From Myxococcota bacterium (GTDB lineage: Bacteria; Myxococcota_A; UBA9160; JAFDDA01), in the NCBI GenBank assembly GCA_965228475.1, contig OZ245817.1:4448001-4512000 (forward strand): a stretch of DNA of 64,000 nucleotides, given 5' to 3'. Below, piece by piece: positions 38,693-48,728 of the stretch; position 1 is the stretch's first letter, and each line of letters starts with the position of its first letter. Below the pieces are notes generated by a model, which had not been told where the DNA came from, did no database searches, and saw nothing but the letters and a program-made list of their open reading frames with translations. A program made the translations under genes and the position numbers.

Positions 38693-39956
38693 CACGTCGG
38701 CCGCGCGCCCTGCCGCGATGGTCTCCGCCCTCGACGGCTACCTCGCCCGTGTGGGTCCGATGACGACGCTCACCCGGGAGGAGGAGGTCGTGCTCGCCAC
38801 CCGCGTGCGCACCGCGACGGCGGAGCTGCGCGACGCCCTCCTCGACATGCCCTACACGGCGAGCGCGATGGTCGGCCGCTGGTGCCACATCCGCTCGGAG
38901 AACCGCGTCACCGGGACGCTGCACGAGCTGCACCGCGACGGCTCCGGCAAGGATCGGAGCCCCGAGGTCGATGAACACCTCGGCGCGATCGATCGGATCC
39001 TTCGACGGCCCGAGCCGGAGACGGAAACGGGCCGGAAGCGGCGCGCCGCGCGCGTGCGGAAGCTCCTCGAAGCGGCGAGCCCGCCCACCGAGATCCTGCT
39101 CGAGATCCAGAAGGAGCTCGAAGGACTCCGCGGTCCGAAGTTCGACGCGGATCGCCAGATGCCGCGCGCCGAGTTCCTTCGCCGCATGCGCGAGATCGAA
39201 GCGATCCACGAGCGCCTGAACGAAGCCAAGAACGAGTTCATCCGGCACAACCTGAAGCTCGTCATCTCCCTGGCCAAGGACTTCCGCGGGATGGGCATCC
39301 CGTTCCTCGACCTCATCCAGGAGGGGAACATCGGGCTGGTGCGCGCGGTGGAGAAGTTCGAGCCCGAACGCGGGTTCAAGTTCTCGACCTACGCGGTGTG
39401 GTGGATCCGCCAGGCGTTCATCCGGGCGATCCAGCGCCACTCGCGGACGGTGCGTCTGCCCTCGCACGTCTACGACCGCCTGATCGCCTGCAAGCGGGAA
39501 GAGGAACGGCTCCAGCACGAGCTCGGCCGGGCGCCGCGGCCCGCGGAGCTGGCCAGCGCCCTCGCGCTCGACGAGCCGACGGTGGAGCGCCTGCTCGAAC
39601 AGCGGACCCAGGCCGTCTCCCTCGACCAGCCCCAGGGCGACGAGGACGACCGGAGCTTCACCGAGCGCCTCGCGGACCCGGACGTCGCGGACCCCTCCGA
39701 GGCCATCGATTCGGCCGCCTTCTCGAGTTCGCTGCGCGGGCTGCTCTCGACGCTCACGCCGCGCGAGCGCATGGTGATCGAGCGCCGCTTCGGCCTGCGG
39801 GGGCCGGAGGAGCCGCTGCGCGCGGTGGGCGAGCGCCTCTCGCTCTCGCGGGAGCGGGTGCGGCAGATCGAGGGTGCGGCCCTCGCCAAGCTCCGCACGG
39901 AGGCGCTGCGCTGCGGATACGATTCCCTGCTGGACGCTTGGGCTCCCGAGGACTAG
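38673..39956 (+). CDS. Sigma-70 family RNA polymerase sigma factor (RpoD/RpoS-like, no region 1.1)
   Basis: [40 protein letters not shown]. Confidence 0.92.
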   Translation: MSVASTDTSAARPAAMVSALDGYLARVGPMTTLTREEEVVLATRVRTATAELRDALLDMPYTASAMVGRWCHIRSENRVTGTLHELHRDGSGKDRSPEVDEHLGAIDRILRRPEPETETGRKRRAARVRKLLEAASPPTEILLEIQKELEGLRGPKFDADRQMPRAEFLRRMREIEAIHERLNEAKNEFIRHNLKLVISLAKDFRGMGIPFLDLIQEGNIGLVRAVEKFEPERGFKFSTYAVWWIRQAFIRAIQRHSRTVRLPSHVYDRLIACKREEERLQHELGRAPRPAELASALALDEPTVERLLEQRTQAVSLDQPQGDEDDRSFTERLADPDVADPSEAIDSAAFSSSLRGLLSTLTPRERMVIERRFGLRGPEEPLRAVGERLSLSRERVRQIEGAALAKLRTEALRCGYDSLLDAWAPED

Positions 39957-39965
39957 AACGGAGGC

Positions 39966-40982
39966 ATGACGCTCGGAGAGTGGCAGGATCCGTTCCTGAC
40001 GAGGCTCGCACGCCGCCTGGTCACGATCCCCCTCTACTTCGTCCTGTTCGGCGTCTGTCTCACGCTGCTCCCCGCCCTGCTCGCGGTCGCAGCGGTCGCA
40101 GACCTCGTGCGCGGCGGACCGTGGGTGCTCGTCCGCAGCGTGCTGTTCCTCCAGTGGTACCTGTTCTGCGAGGTCGTGGGAATCGCGTTCGCCCTCGGGA
40201 TCACGGTGTTCGTCCGCGACCCGGAACGCCAGATCGAGCAATTCTTCCGGCTCCAGTGCCGCTGGCTGCGGGCCCTGTTCCAGGGCGGCGTCGTCTGCTT
40301 CTCGCTCCGCGTGGAGATCGAAGGCCGCGATGCCGTCTCTTCGGGCCCGGTTCTCGTCTTCATGCGTCACTCGAGCACGGCGGACGTCGTACTCCCGGGC
40401 GTGTTCCTCGCCGAGCCGCACGGGATCGTCCTACGCTACGTGCTGAAGCGGGAGCTCCTCTGGGACCCGTGCCTCGATCTCGCGGGGCATCGGCTCGTGA
40501 ACTGCTTCATCCGCCGGGGTTCCGGCGCACCCGAGCGCGAGATCGCCGCGATTCGCAGGCTCGGTGAAGACCTCGGCCCGGACGACGGCGTCCTGATCTA
40601 TCCGGAAGGGACGCGCTTCACGCCGTCGAAGCAGGCGCGCGCGCTCGAGCGGATCGCGAAGAGCGGAGACCTGCAACGGCTCGCGCGGGCTCGCGAGCTG
40701 ACCCACGTGCTCCCGCCGCGGCTCGGGGGCCCCCTGGCGCTGCTCGAACAGTGCCCCGACACCGACGTCGTGTTCCTGAGCCACACGGGCTTCGACGGCG
40801 CACGCTCCCTCGACGAGTTCTTCAACGGGGCGCTCGTGGGCCGGACGGTCCGCATGCATTTCTGGCGCTCCCCCCACACGGACATTCCGAAGGACGCCGA
40901 GGGGCGGGAAGCCTGGCTGTTCGACGAATGGCGGAAGGTCGACAAGTTCGTCGCCGCCCACGAAGAGGCACCCGGTTTTTGA
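39966..40982 (+). CDS. PlsC-family lysophospholipid acyltransferase with N-terminal TM helices
   Basis: HSSTAD (HxxxxD), FIRR, IYPEGTRF. Confidence 0.88.
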   Translation: MTLGEWQDPFLTRLARRLVTIPLYFVLFGVCLTLLPALLAVAAVADLVRGGPWVLVRSVLFLQWYLFCEVVGIAFALGITVFVRDPERQIEQFFRLQCRWLRALFQGGVVCFSLRVEIEGRDAVSSGPVLVFMRHSSTADVVLPGVFLAEPHGIVLRYVLKRELLWDPCLDLAGHRLVNCFIRRGSGAPEREIAAIRRLGEDLGPDDGVLIYPEGTRFTPSKQARALERIAKSGDLQRLARARELTHVLPPRLGGPLALLEQCPDTDVVFLSHTGFDGARSLDEFFNGALVGRTVRMHFWRSPHTDIPKDAEGREAWLFDEWRKVDKFVAAHEEAPGF

Positions 40983-41443
40983 AGATCTACACCCTCGAGC
41001 GCGAACAGCTGATCGCGGCGGAGCCGGAGCGCGTCTTCGACTTCTTCGCCGACGCGAGGAACCTCGAAGCGATCACGCCCCCCTGGCTCGGGTTCCGCAT
41101 CCTCACGCCCGGCCCGATCGAGATGCGCAAGGGCGCGCGGATCGACTACCGGATCGGCCTCGCCGGCATCCCGATGCGCTGGCGGACCTGCATCGCGTCC
41201 TGGGAGCCCGGGCGCGGCTTCGTCGACGAACAGGAGAGCGGACCCTACGCCAAGTGGGAACACCACCACCGGTTCGAGTGCACCGACCGCGGCGTCTTCA
41301 TGAACGATCGCGTGCGCTACGCGCTCCCCCTCGGCCCCCTCGGCCGGATCGCGCACGCGGCGTGGGTCCACTCCGCCCTGGCCCGGATCTTCGATTACCG
41401 CTTCGCTCGCGTCCGGGAGGAGTTCGCGGAGGAGGTCGTTTGA
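40979..41443 (+). CDS. SRPBCC family ligand-binding protein
   Basis: VFDFF..NLEAITPPW, FVDEQESGPY..WEHHH; TTG start overlapping the upstream stop. Confidence 0.88.
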   Translation: MKIYTLEREQLIAAEPERVFDFFADARNLEAITPPWLGFRILTPGPIEMRKGARIDYRIGLAGIPMRWRTCIASWEPGRGFVDEQESGPYAKWEHHHRFECTDRGVFMNDRVRYALPLGPLGRIAHAAWVHSALARIFDYRFARVREEFAEEVV

Positions 41444-42237
41444 GCGAGCTCGCCTCCGTCTGGTTCGCGACGGCGGGCAGCCTCTTCGGCGCGCTCTTCC
41501 TGCTCTGGCTGCTGAGCCTCGCCCTGCGCGACGCGAGCATCGTCGACATCCTCTGGGGCCTCGGCTTCGTGCTCGTCGCCGGCACGGCCTTCGCCGTGGG
41601 CGACGGAACGCCGGCGCGCAAGGCGCTCGTCCTCGGGCTGGCCGCGCTCTGGGGCGGACGGCTCGCCGCGTACCTCGCCTGGCGGAACCTCGGCCACGGG
41701 GAGGACCCGCGCTACCAGCGCATGCGGCGGCACTACGGCGACCGCTTCTGGATCATCAGCCTCTTCTCGGTGTTCGCGCTGCAGGGGGTCCTGCTCTTCC
41801 TCGTCTCCCAGCCGCTGCAGCTCGCGCTGGCCGTCCCGGGCCCGCCCCTCGGCGCCCTCGACGCGGCCGGGGCCTCGCTCGTCCTGCTCGGCGTCGGTTT
41901 CGAGACCGTCGGCGACCTCCAGCTCGCGCGGTTCAAGGCCGACCCGGCGAACGCCGGCCGGGTGATGGACCGCGGCCTCTGGCACTACACGCGTCACCTG
42001 AACTACTTCGGAGATGCCGTCGCCTGGTGGGGCTTCGGCCTGCTGGCCTGCGCGGTCCCGGCGGGCTTCCTCGCGCTCGGCTCCTCGGCGCTGATGACGT
42101 TCCTCTTGCTGCGCGTGTCGGGCGTGGCGCATCTCGAGCGCTCGCTGCGCAAGACCAAGCCCGGCTATGCCGAGTACGTCGCTCGCACGTCGGCCTTCCT
42201 GCCGCGTCCGCCGAAGGCGCTGCCGCCCGAGGCCTAG
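41440..42237 (+). CDS. DUF1295 (steroid 5-alpha-reductase-like) membrane protein
   Basis: SIVDILWG, EDPRY, DLQLARFK, GLWHYTRHLNYFG. Confidence 0.9.
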   Translation: MSELASVWFATAGSLFGALFLLWLLSLALRDASIVDILWGLGFVLVAGTAFAVGDGTPARKALVLGLAALWGGRLAAYLAWRNLGHGEDPRYQRMRRHYGDRFWIISLFSVFALQGVLLFLVSQPLQLALAVPGPPLGALDAAGASLVLLGVGFETVGDLQLARFKADPANAGRVMDRGLWHYTRHLNYFGDAVAWWGFGLLACAVPAGFLALGSSALMTFLLLRVSGVAHLERSLRKTKPGYAEYVARTSAFLPRPPKALPPEA

Positions 42238-42241
42238 GCCC

Positions 42242-43588
42242 CTAGCCGATCAGGTCCTGGATCGACTGCCACAGGACGACCAGCAGCAGCAGCGGGACCA
42301 CGGTGCGCAGCAGGAGGCGCCAGAGCCCGAACCAGGCCACGTCCTCGGCGCCCTGGCGCGCCTCGGCCTCCGGGTTCTTCATGACCCAGCCCACGAACAG
42401 GGCGAGCATCAGACCGCCGAAGACGAGGAAGACGTTCCCGGCGAGCTGATCCATCTTGCCGAGCACGTCGAGATCGAGGGCGGCGGGGATTCCGAGGGCG
42501 GCGACCGCGGCGCCGAGCACCAGCGCGGCCCGCCGCCGCTCCCAGCCGAGCTGATCGATCGCCGTCGAGACGACGACCTCGAGCAGCGAGATCGCCGACG
42601 TCAGCGCGCCGACGGCCAGCGCCACGAAGAAGAACGGCCCGACGACGCGGCCGGCGGCGCCCATCTCGTGGAAGGCCCCGGGCAGCGTGATGAACAGCGC
42701 ACCGACCGTGCTCCCCCCGACCTGCTCCTGGAGGCCGAGGGCGAAGAGCAGGGGAAAGACGGCCAGGCCCGCGACGAAGGCCACCCCGAAATCCGCGCCG
42801 GCGATCATCAGCGATTCGTTCGGCAGGTTTTCGTCCCGCCGCACGTAGCTCGCGTAGGTGAGCATCGCACCCATCCCAAGCGAAAGACTGAAGAAGGCCT
42901 GCCCGGCGGCGTGGTTCAGGACCTCGAAGCGGAGCACCTCTTCGAGATCCACGGAGAGGTAGAAGGCGTAGCCCTTGCCGGCGCCTTCGAGCGTGCCCGC
43001 GTAGATCGCGATGCCGCAGACGATCGCGAACAGGAGCGGCATCAGGACGAGGGAGGCGCGCTCGATGCCCCGGTTCACGCCCCCGAGCACGACGGCGATC
43101 GTGATCGCCATGAAGCCGAGGTGCCAGGCGACCGCGGCCGGCCCGGTCGAGACCGTCTCGAAGTAGGCACCGGCATCCGGCCCGAAGCCCGAGAGAGACG
43201 TCAGCCCATAGCGCAGGGTCCAGCCCGCGATGACGCTGTAGTAGGAAAGGATCAGGAATCCCGAGCCGAGGAAAAGCGCGCCGAGCGGCTTCCAGGCAGT
43301 TCCGCCGTAGTGGGCGAGTGCGCCGACCGGGCTGCGCCCGGACCCGCGTCCCACCACGAACTCCGCGAGCATCACCGGCAGCCCGACCAGGGCAACCAGG
43401 ACGAGGTAGACGACGAGGAAGGCGGCACCGCCGTTTTCCGCGGTCAGGTAGGAAAACCGCCACATGTTGCCCAGGCCGACGGCCGAGCCGACCGCGGCAA
43501 GGATGAAGCCGAGGCGGCTTCCCCATTGTTCCCGGCTCTCTGCGGGGTCGCGCTCTTCGGGACCTGCCTTCACGTTCGTCTCTCCCAC
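42242..43588 (-). CDS. Sodium-dependent transporter (SNF/NSS family)
   Basis: REQWGSRLGFILAAVGSAVGLGNMWRF, QAFFSLSLG. Confidence 0.95.
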   Translation of the reverse strand: MGETNVKAGPEERDPAESREQWGSRLGFILAAVGSAVGLGNMWRFSYLTAENGGAAFLVVYLVLVALVGLPVMLAEFVVGRGSGRSPVGALAHYGGTAWKPLGALFLGSGFLILSYYSVIAGWTLRYGLTSLSGFGPDAGAYFETVSTGPAAVAWHLGFMAITIAVVLGGVNRGIERASLVLMPLLFAIVCGIAIYAGTLEGAGKGYAFYLSVDLEEVLRFEVLNHAAGQAFFSLSLGMGAMLTYASYVRRDENLPNESLMIAGADFGVAFVAGLAVFPLLFALGLQEQVGGSTVGALFITLPGAFHEMGAAGRVVGPFFFVALAVGALTSAISLLEVVVSTAIDQLGWERRRAALVLGAAVAALGIPAALDLDVLGKMDQLAGNVFLVFGGLMLALFVGWVMKNPEAEARQGAEDVAWFGLWRLLLRTVVPLLLLVVLWQSIQDLIG

Positions 43589-43699
43589 GGTTTCGTTCGC
43601 GCCGATGCCGTGCTCGTCAGGACGCGAATGTCAGGAGGGTTGCGCAAGATAACGAGCGCGGCGGCCCGGTCACCACCCACGCGTGTATACTCCGCCGCC

Positions 43700-44803
43700 A
43701 TGCCTTCCTCCTCCGCGCGAGACGTCGGCGGCGGCAGCAGCCCGGTGCGCCGCCAGATCCAATCCGCCCCAAATCAAGAGACGCCTTTCGAAGCGGTCGC
43801 CCCCCGGGCTTCCGTGTGGGTGGACGAACGCACGGAGGACCCGGACCACTTCGCGCGGTCCGTTGCGCGGGGCCTCTCCGGCGACCCCCGGCAGCTCGAC
43901 TGCCGCTACCTGTACGACGAAGCGGGGAGCGAGCTCTTCGCGGAGATCACCCAGCAGCCCGAGTACTACCCGACCCGGACCGAGGCCAGCATCCTCGAGC
44001 GCCACGCCAGCGAGCTGGCCCGGACCCTCGGCTCGATGCCGATCTGTGAGCTCGGCTCCGGCAACTCGGAGAAGACCCGCCTGCTGCTCGAGGCCTGGGC
44101 TGCCGAGACGGAGGGCGCGTTCCACTACGTCCCCATCGACATCGACCCGGGCGTGGTGCGCTCGGCCGCCGAAGAACTCGTCGCGGCCCACCCGACGCTC
44201 CAGGTCTCGGGCCTGGCCACCTCGTACGAGCACGCCCTCGAGCGCCTGCGGGAGCTCTCGCCGAAGCTCGTCCTGTTCCTCGGCTCGACGATCGGGAACT
44301 TCGAACCGGCGGAGATGGATCTCTTCCTACGCCGCATCCAGGCCGCACTCCAGCCCGGCGACGCCTTCCTGCTCGGCGTCGATCTCGTGAAGGACGCTTC
44401 GACCCTCGAAGCCGCCTACAACGACGCGGCCGGCGTGACCGAGCGCTTCACCTTGAACCTCTTCGAGCGCATGAACCGCGAGCTCGACACCGCCATCCCC
44501 GAGAAGGCCGTCGAGCACGTCGCGTTCTGGAACGAAGGCCGAGATCAAATCGAGATCTACGGCCGCTTCCGCGAAGCCGTCCAGATCGAACTCCCCGGCT
44601 TCGACGACGCCTTCTCCATCGAGTCCGGGGAGATGGTGCAGGTCGAGGTGAGCCGGAAGTTCCGCGTCGATCGCCTGGCCGAGGACCTCGCCCGCTACGG
44701 CCTTCGCCAGGAGCGGGTCTTCTCCGACCCCGAAGACCTCTTCGCACTGATCCTGCTGCGCCGGGAGAACGATGCAGAGCCGAACGGGCGCGACGCAGCC
44801 TGA
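43700..44803 (+). CDS. egtD: L-histidine N-alpha-methyltransferase
   Basis: YLYDEAGSELF..EYYPTRTE, ELGSG, FLGSTIGN, AYNDAAGVT. Confidence 0.88.
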   Translation: MPSSSARDVGGGSSPVRRQIQSAPNQETPFEAVAPRASVWVDERTEDPDHFARSVARGLSGDPRQLDCRYLYDEAGSELFAEITQQPEYYPTRTEASILERHASELARTLGSMPICELGSGNSEKTRLLLEAWAAETEGAFHYVPIDIDPGVVRSAAEELVAAHPTLQVSGLATSYEHALERLRELSPKLVLFLGSTIGNFEPAEMDLFLRRIQAALQPGDAFLLGVDLVKDASTLEAAYNDAAGVTERFTLNLFERMNRELDTAIPEKAVEHVAFWNEGRDQIEIYGRFREAVQIELPGFDDAFSIESGEMVQVEVSRKFRVDRLAEDLARYGLRQERVFSDPEDLFALILLRRENDAEPNGRDAA

Positions 44804-44894
44804 TCCGGGCGTGGTATCTTCCGGCCCGATGCGATCCGCCCCCGTCGACGCGTCCGATCGTTCCTTCGCAACGCGGCCGGAGGCCCGTTAGCGC

Positions 44895-47492
44895 GTGCAT
44901 GCCCGCGGCGCCGCCAAGGCCGTTCGGCCCCATCGCCTGGATCCGGCCGTTCGGCCGGAGACGGTTTCCGTCCACGTCGCGGTGGACCCCCAGCGCGGGG
45001 AATCCTTCGAGGGCGAGGTGTCGATCTCGGTGGTCCTCGACGAGCCGCGCCGATCGATCGAACTCCACGCCGTCGATCTGAAGGTCTCGAAGGCCCGGGT
45101 CACCGTCGGCGGCCGGACCCTGACGGGCAAGATCACCGCGAAGCCCGAGTTCGAGACGATCCGCATCGCGCTTCCGGAAAGCCTTCCCGCCGGTACGGTC
45201 ACGCTCGAGCTGGCGTTCGCCGGAACGCTCCGGAGCGACTTGCGCGGCCTCTACGCCTCGAGCGCCGGGAAGCGCCGCTACGCCTTCACCCAGCTCGAGG
45301 CCACCGACGCGCGCCGCTTCTTCCCGTGCTTCGACGAACCGGTGATGAAGGCCCGCTTCCGCATGGCCGTGACGACGTCGGCGAAGAACACGGTGCTCTC
45401 GAACGCGCCGATCGCCCGGACGAAGAAGCTCCCGCGCAACAAGAAGCGCGTCGAGTTCCGGGAGACGCCACCGCTCTCGACCTACCTGGTCGCCCTGGCC
45501 GTCGGCGAGCTCGAAGCTTCGCGCGCCGTGAAGCTCGGGACGACGCCGATTCGCGTCTGGCACGTCCCGGGCAAGAAGAAGCTCACCGGCTTCGCCCTCG
45601 AGTGCGCGAAGGAAACCCTCGCGCGCCTCGAGCGCTACTTCGACCTGCCCTACCCCTACGAGAAGCTCGACCTCGTCGCCGTGCCGGACTTCGAAGCCGG
45701 CGCCATGGAGAACGCCGGCGCCGTGTTCTTCCGGGAGACCCTGCTACTGGTCGACCCGAAGACCGTGACCCTCGCAGAGAAGAAGCGCGTGGCGGAGGTC
45801 GTGTGTCACGAGCTCGCGCACATGTGGTACGGCGACCTCGTCACCATGGCCTGGTGGGACGATCTCTGGCTGAACGAGGCCTTCGCCACCTGGATGGCCT
45901 TCGCGATCGTCGACGACTGGAAGCCCGAGTGGAAGATGTGGCTCGACTTCCAGCACTACCGGGGCGCCGCCCTGAACCTCGACGCCCTCGACAACACCCA
46001 CCCGATCTACGTCGAGGTGAAGACCCCGGCGGAGGCCACGGAGAACTTCGACCTCATCACCTACGAAAAGGGCGCCTCGGTGGTCCGCATGGTGGAGAAC
46101 TGGCTCGGTGCGAGCGCCTTCCGCAAGGGCGTCCGGCGCTACGTGCGCAAGCACGCCGAGGGCAACACCGTGGCCTCGGACCTCTGGGACGCGCTCTCCG
46201 CCGCCTCCAAGCAGGAGGTCGAGCCGGTCGTCCGCGCCTGGATCGAGCAGCCGGGCTTCCCCGTGCTCTCGCTCCGGCACGCGCGCGAGCGGGGCAAGAG
46301 CATCCTGCACGCGAGCCAGGAGCGGTTCTCGGGCTCTCTGCGCAAGGGCAAGGCCGACCGTACGCGCTGGCCGGTGCCGTTCGTGGCGCGCATCGGCGGC
46401 GCGCGCCGCGGGAAGTCCCGGCTCGAGCGGCACGTCATCGAGGGAGCGCGGGCGCGCATCCGTCTCGGCACGGGAGCGCCGCGCTTCATCCACGGCAACG
46501 CCGAAGCTTCGGGCTTCTACCGGACCCAGCACGACGCCGCGATGCTGCGCGACCTCTCGGCGGGGCTCGGCGCCCTCTCGGACGTCGAGCGCCTCTGCCT
46601 GATCTCGGACCAGTGGGCGCTCGTCCGCGCCGGACGGGTTCCGATCGAGAGCTACCTCGACCTCGTCACCGTCTTCGGCGGCGAGACCGAGCCGGACCTG
46701 CTGGTCACGCTGCGGAGCGCCCTCTCCGTCGCGAACGATCAGCTCGCGGCCGGTGCCAGCGAGGGCGTCCGCAACGCCTGGCGGAGCTTCCTGATCGACA
46801 CGTTCTGCGAGCACCTGCTCGAGCTCGGCTGGCGCCCGGGCCGCGGCGAGGGCGACAAGGAGCGCGTGCGCCGTGCCGTCACCGTCTCGCTGCTCGGTGG
46901 CATCGCCGAGTGGGAGGCCGTGACGGAGGTCGTCGACGAGAAGTGCCGGGAATACCTCGCGGACCGCGGCTCCCTCGAGCCGAACCTCGCCGACCCGGTC
47001 GTCTCCCTCGCCGCCCGTCAGGGCGACGCCGATCTCTACGAGAAGTTCCTGCGCGCGGAAGCGAAGGCGGCCACGCCCCAGGAACGCCGGCGCTTTCTCT
47101 TCGCGCGGGCGGACTTCCGCGACGCGAAGCTTCTGGAACGAACCCGGCGCGCGTGCCTCGACGAGATCTCCGTCCAGGACATGCCGTTCCTGATCGTGCG
47201 GATGCTCCAGAACCCCGCGGGCCGCGAGGACACCTGGGCCTTCCTGCAGCGGCGCTGGCCGAAGCTCGCCAAGCGCTTCCCGCCGGCCCTCGTGACGCGG
47301 ATCATCGACGTCCTGCCGGAGCTACAGACGCCCAAGCACCGCCGCGAGGTCGCCGCGTTCTTCCGAAAGAACCCCGTCCCGACCGGCAAGCGCGCCGTCG
47401 CCCAGGCCCTCGAACGCTTCGACCTCAACCAGGCCTTCCGCAAATCCAGCCAAGAGGGCTTCGAGCAGTGGATCACCCGACCGAGGCCCTAG
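44895..47492 (+). CDS. M1 family aminopeptidase
   Basis: GAMEN, HELAH-x18-E (WLNEAFA), YEKG. Confidence 0.95.
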   Translation: MHARGAAKAVRPHRLDPAVRPETVSVHVAVDPQRGESFEGEVSISVVLDEPRRSIELHAVDLKVSKARVTVGGRTLTGKITAKPEFETIRIALPESLPAGTVTLELAFAGTLRSDLRGLYASSAGKRRYAFTQLEATDARRFFPCFDEPVMKARFRMAVTTSAKNTVLSNAPIARTKKLPRNKKRVEFRETPPLSTYLVALAVGELEASRAVKLGTTPIRVWHVPGKKKLTGFALECAKETLARLERYFDLPYPYEKLDLVAVPDFEAGAMENAGAVFFRETLLLVDPKTVTLAEKKRVAEVVCHELAHMWYGDLVTMAWWDDLWLNEAFATWMAFAIVDDWKPEWKMWLDFQHYRGAALNLDALDNTHPIYVEVKTPAEATENFDLITYEKGASVVRMVENWLGASAFRKGVRRYVRKHAEGNTVASDLWDALSAASKQEVEPVVRAWIEQPGFPVLSLRHARERGKSILHASQERFSGSLRKGKADRTRWPVPFVARIGGARRGKSRLERHVIEGARARIRLGTGAPRFIHGNAEASGFYRTQHDAAMLRDLSAGLGALSDVERLCLISDQWALVRAGRVPIESYLDLVTVFGGETEPDLLVTLRSALSVANDQLAAGASEGVRNAWRSFLIDTFCEHLLELGWRPGRGEGDKERVRRAVTVSLLGGIAEWEAVTEVVDEKCREYLADRGSLEPNLADPVVSLAARQGDADLYEKFLRAEAKAATPQERRRFLFARADFRDAKLLERTRRACLDEISVQDMPFLIVRMLQNPAGREDTWAFLQRRWPKLAKRFPPALVTRIIDVLPELQTPKHRREVAAFFRKNPVPTGKRAVAQALERFDLNQAFRKSSQEGFEQWITRPRP

Positions 47493-47640
47493 ACGCGGCT
47501 CGAGATGATTCGGGACGATGCAAGCGGAGCGGGCCGGGGTCCCATCCGGGACCGTAAACCACGCCCTGGAGCTCTAGCCGAGAAGCCGCCCAAGACGCCG
47601 GTCCCGGATGGGACCCCGGCCCGGGCCGCGTCCCTCGGGC

Positions 47641-48726
47641 TCAGCTCCCCGCGCCCTTCGCCTCTTCCTGCGCGACCATCGGTTCGAACCGCCCCTTGTC
47701 GAGCGCCTTCATCATCGCGTCCGAAGCCTTGATCTTCCCCGACTTCACCAGGTCGAAGAGGCAGTCGTCCATCGCCTGCATCCCTTCCTTCTTCCCGCCC
47801 TGGATGATGGAAGAGATCATGGGCGTGTTGCCCTCGCGGATGACGTTCCCGAGGCCCTGGGTGCGAAGCAGGATCTCGTGGACCGCGCAGCGGCCCTTCC
47901 CGTCCGCGGTCGGGACGAGGAGCTGGGAGACGACGGCGCCGAGGCTCTCGGCCAGGCTGATGCGCACCTGGCTCTGTTCCTCGGCCGGGAAGGCGTCGAT
48001 GATGCGGTCGATGGTCTTGGCAGCGCTGTTGGTGTGCAGCGTTCCGAAGACCAGGGAGCCCATCTCGGCCGCGGTGATCGCGAGCGAGATCGTTTCGTAG
48101 TCGCGCATCTCGCCGACGAGAATGATGTTCGCGTCCTGGCGGATCACCGCGCGCAACGCGCCGCCGAAGCCGTCGGTGTGGTCCCCGACCTCGCGATGCG
48201 AGATCACGCACTGATCGTTCTGGTGAACGAACTCGACGGGGTCCTCGATCGTCACGATGTGCTTCGCGTGCTTCTTGTTGATGCGATGGATGATCGCCGC
48301 GAGCGTCGTCGACTTGCCCGAACCCGTCGGCCCGGTGACGAGCACCAGCCCCGATTCGAGATCGGCCAGGTCCACGATCGACTGCGGAATCCCGAGGTCC
48401 TCCGCCGGGATGATCTCTTCGGGGATGATGCGAAAGACCGCGCCGGCCCCGTTCTCCTGGGTGAAGTAGTTCGCCCGGAAGCGGGCCACGCCCGGAATGG
48501 CGTGGGCGAAGTCGAGGTCCCCGCAGCCGCTGTACTCGTTCCACTGCTTCTCGTTCGTGATCTCCTCGAGCAGATCTCGGAGCGTCTCGTCCGAGAGCGC
48601 CGACTCGCCGGGGATCGGAACGAGACGGCCGGACTTGCGGAAGCGCGGCTCGAGCGTGGCGGCCAGGTGGAGGTCCGAAGCGCCCTCGGTCTTCAGCATG
48701 GTGAGCAGGCGATCGATCTCGGCCAC
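47641..48726 (-). CDS. pilT: Type IV pilus retraction ATPase (PilT/PilU family)
   Basis: ASDLHL, GPTGSGKS, TIEDPVE, LVGEMRD, GTLHT. Confidence 0.9.
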   Translation of the reverse strand: MAEIDRLLTMLKTEGASDLHLAATLEPRFRKSGRLVPIPGESALSDETLRDLLEEITNEKQWNEYSGCGDLDFAHAIPGVARFRANYFTQENGAGAVFRIIPEEIIPAEDLGIPQSIVDLADLESGLVLVTGPTGSGKSTTLAAIIHRINKKHAKHIVTIEDPVEFVHQNDQCVISHREVGDHTDGFGGALRAVIRQDANIILVGEMRDYETISLAITAAEMGSLVFGTLHTNSAAKTIDRIIDAFPAEEQSQVRISLAESLGAVVSQLLVPTADGKGRCAVHEILLRTQGLGNVIREGNTPMISSIIQGGKKEGMQAMDDCLFDLVKSGKIKASDAMMKALDKGRFEPMVAQEEAKGAGS

Positions 48727-48728
48727 GG

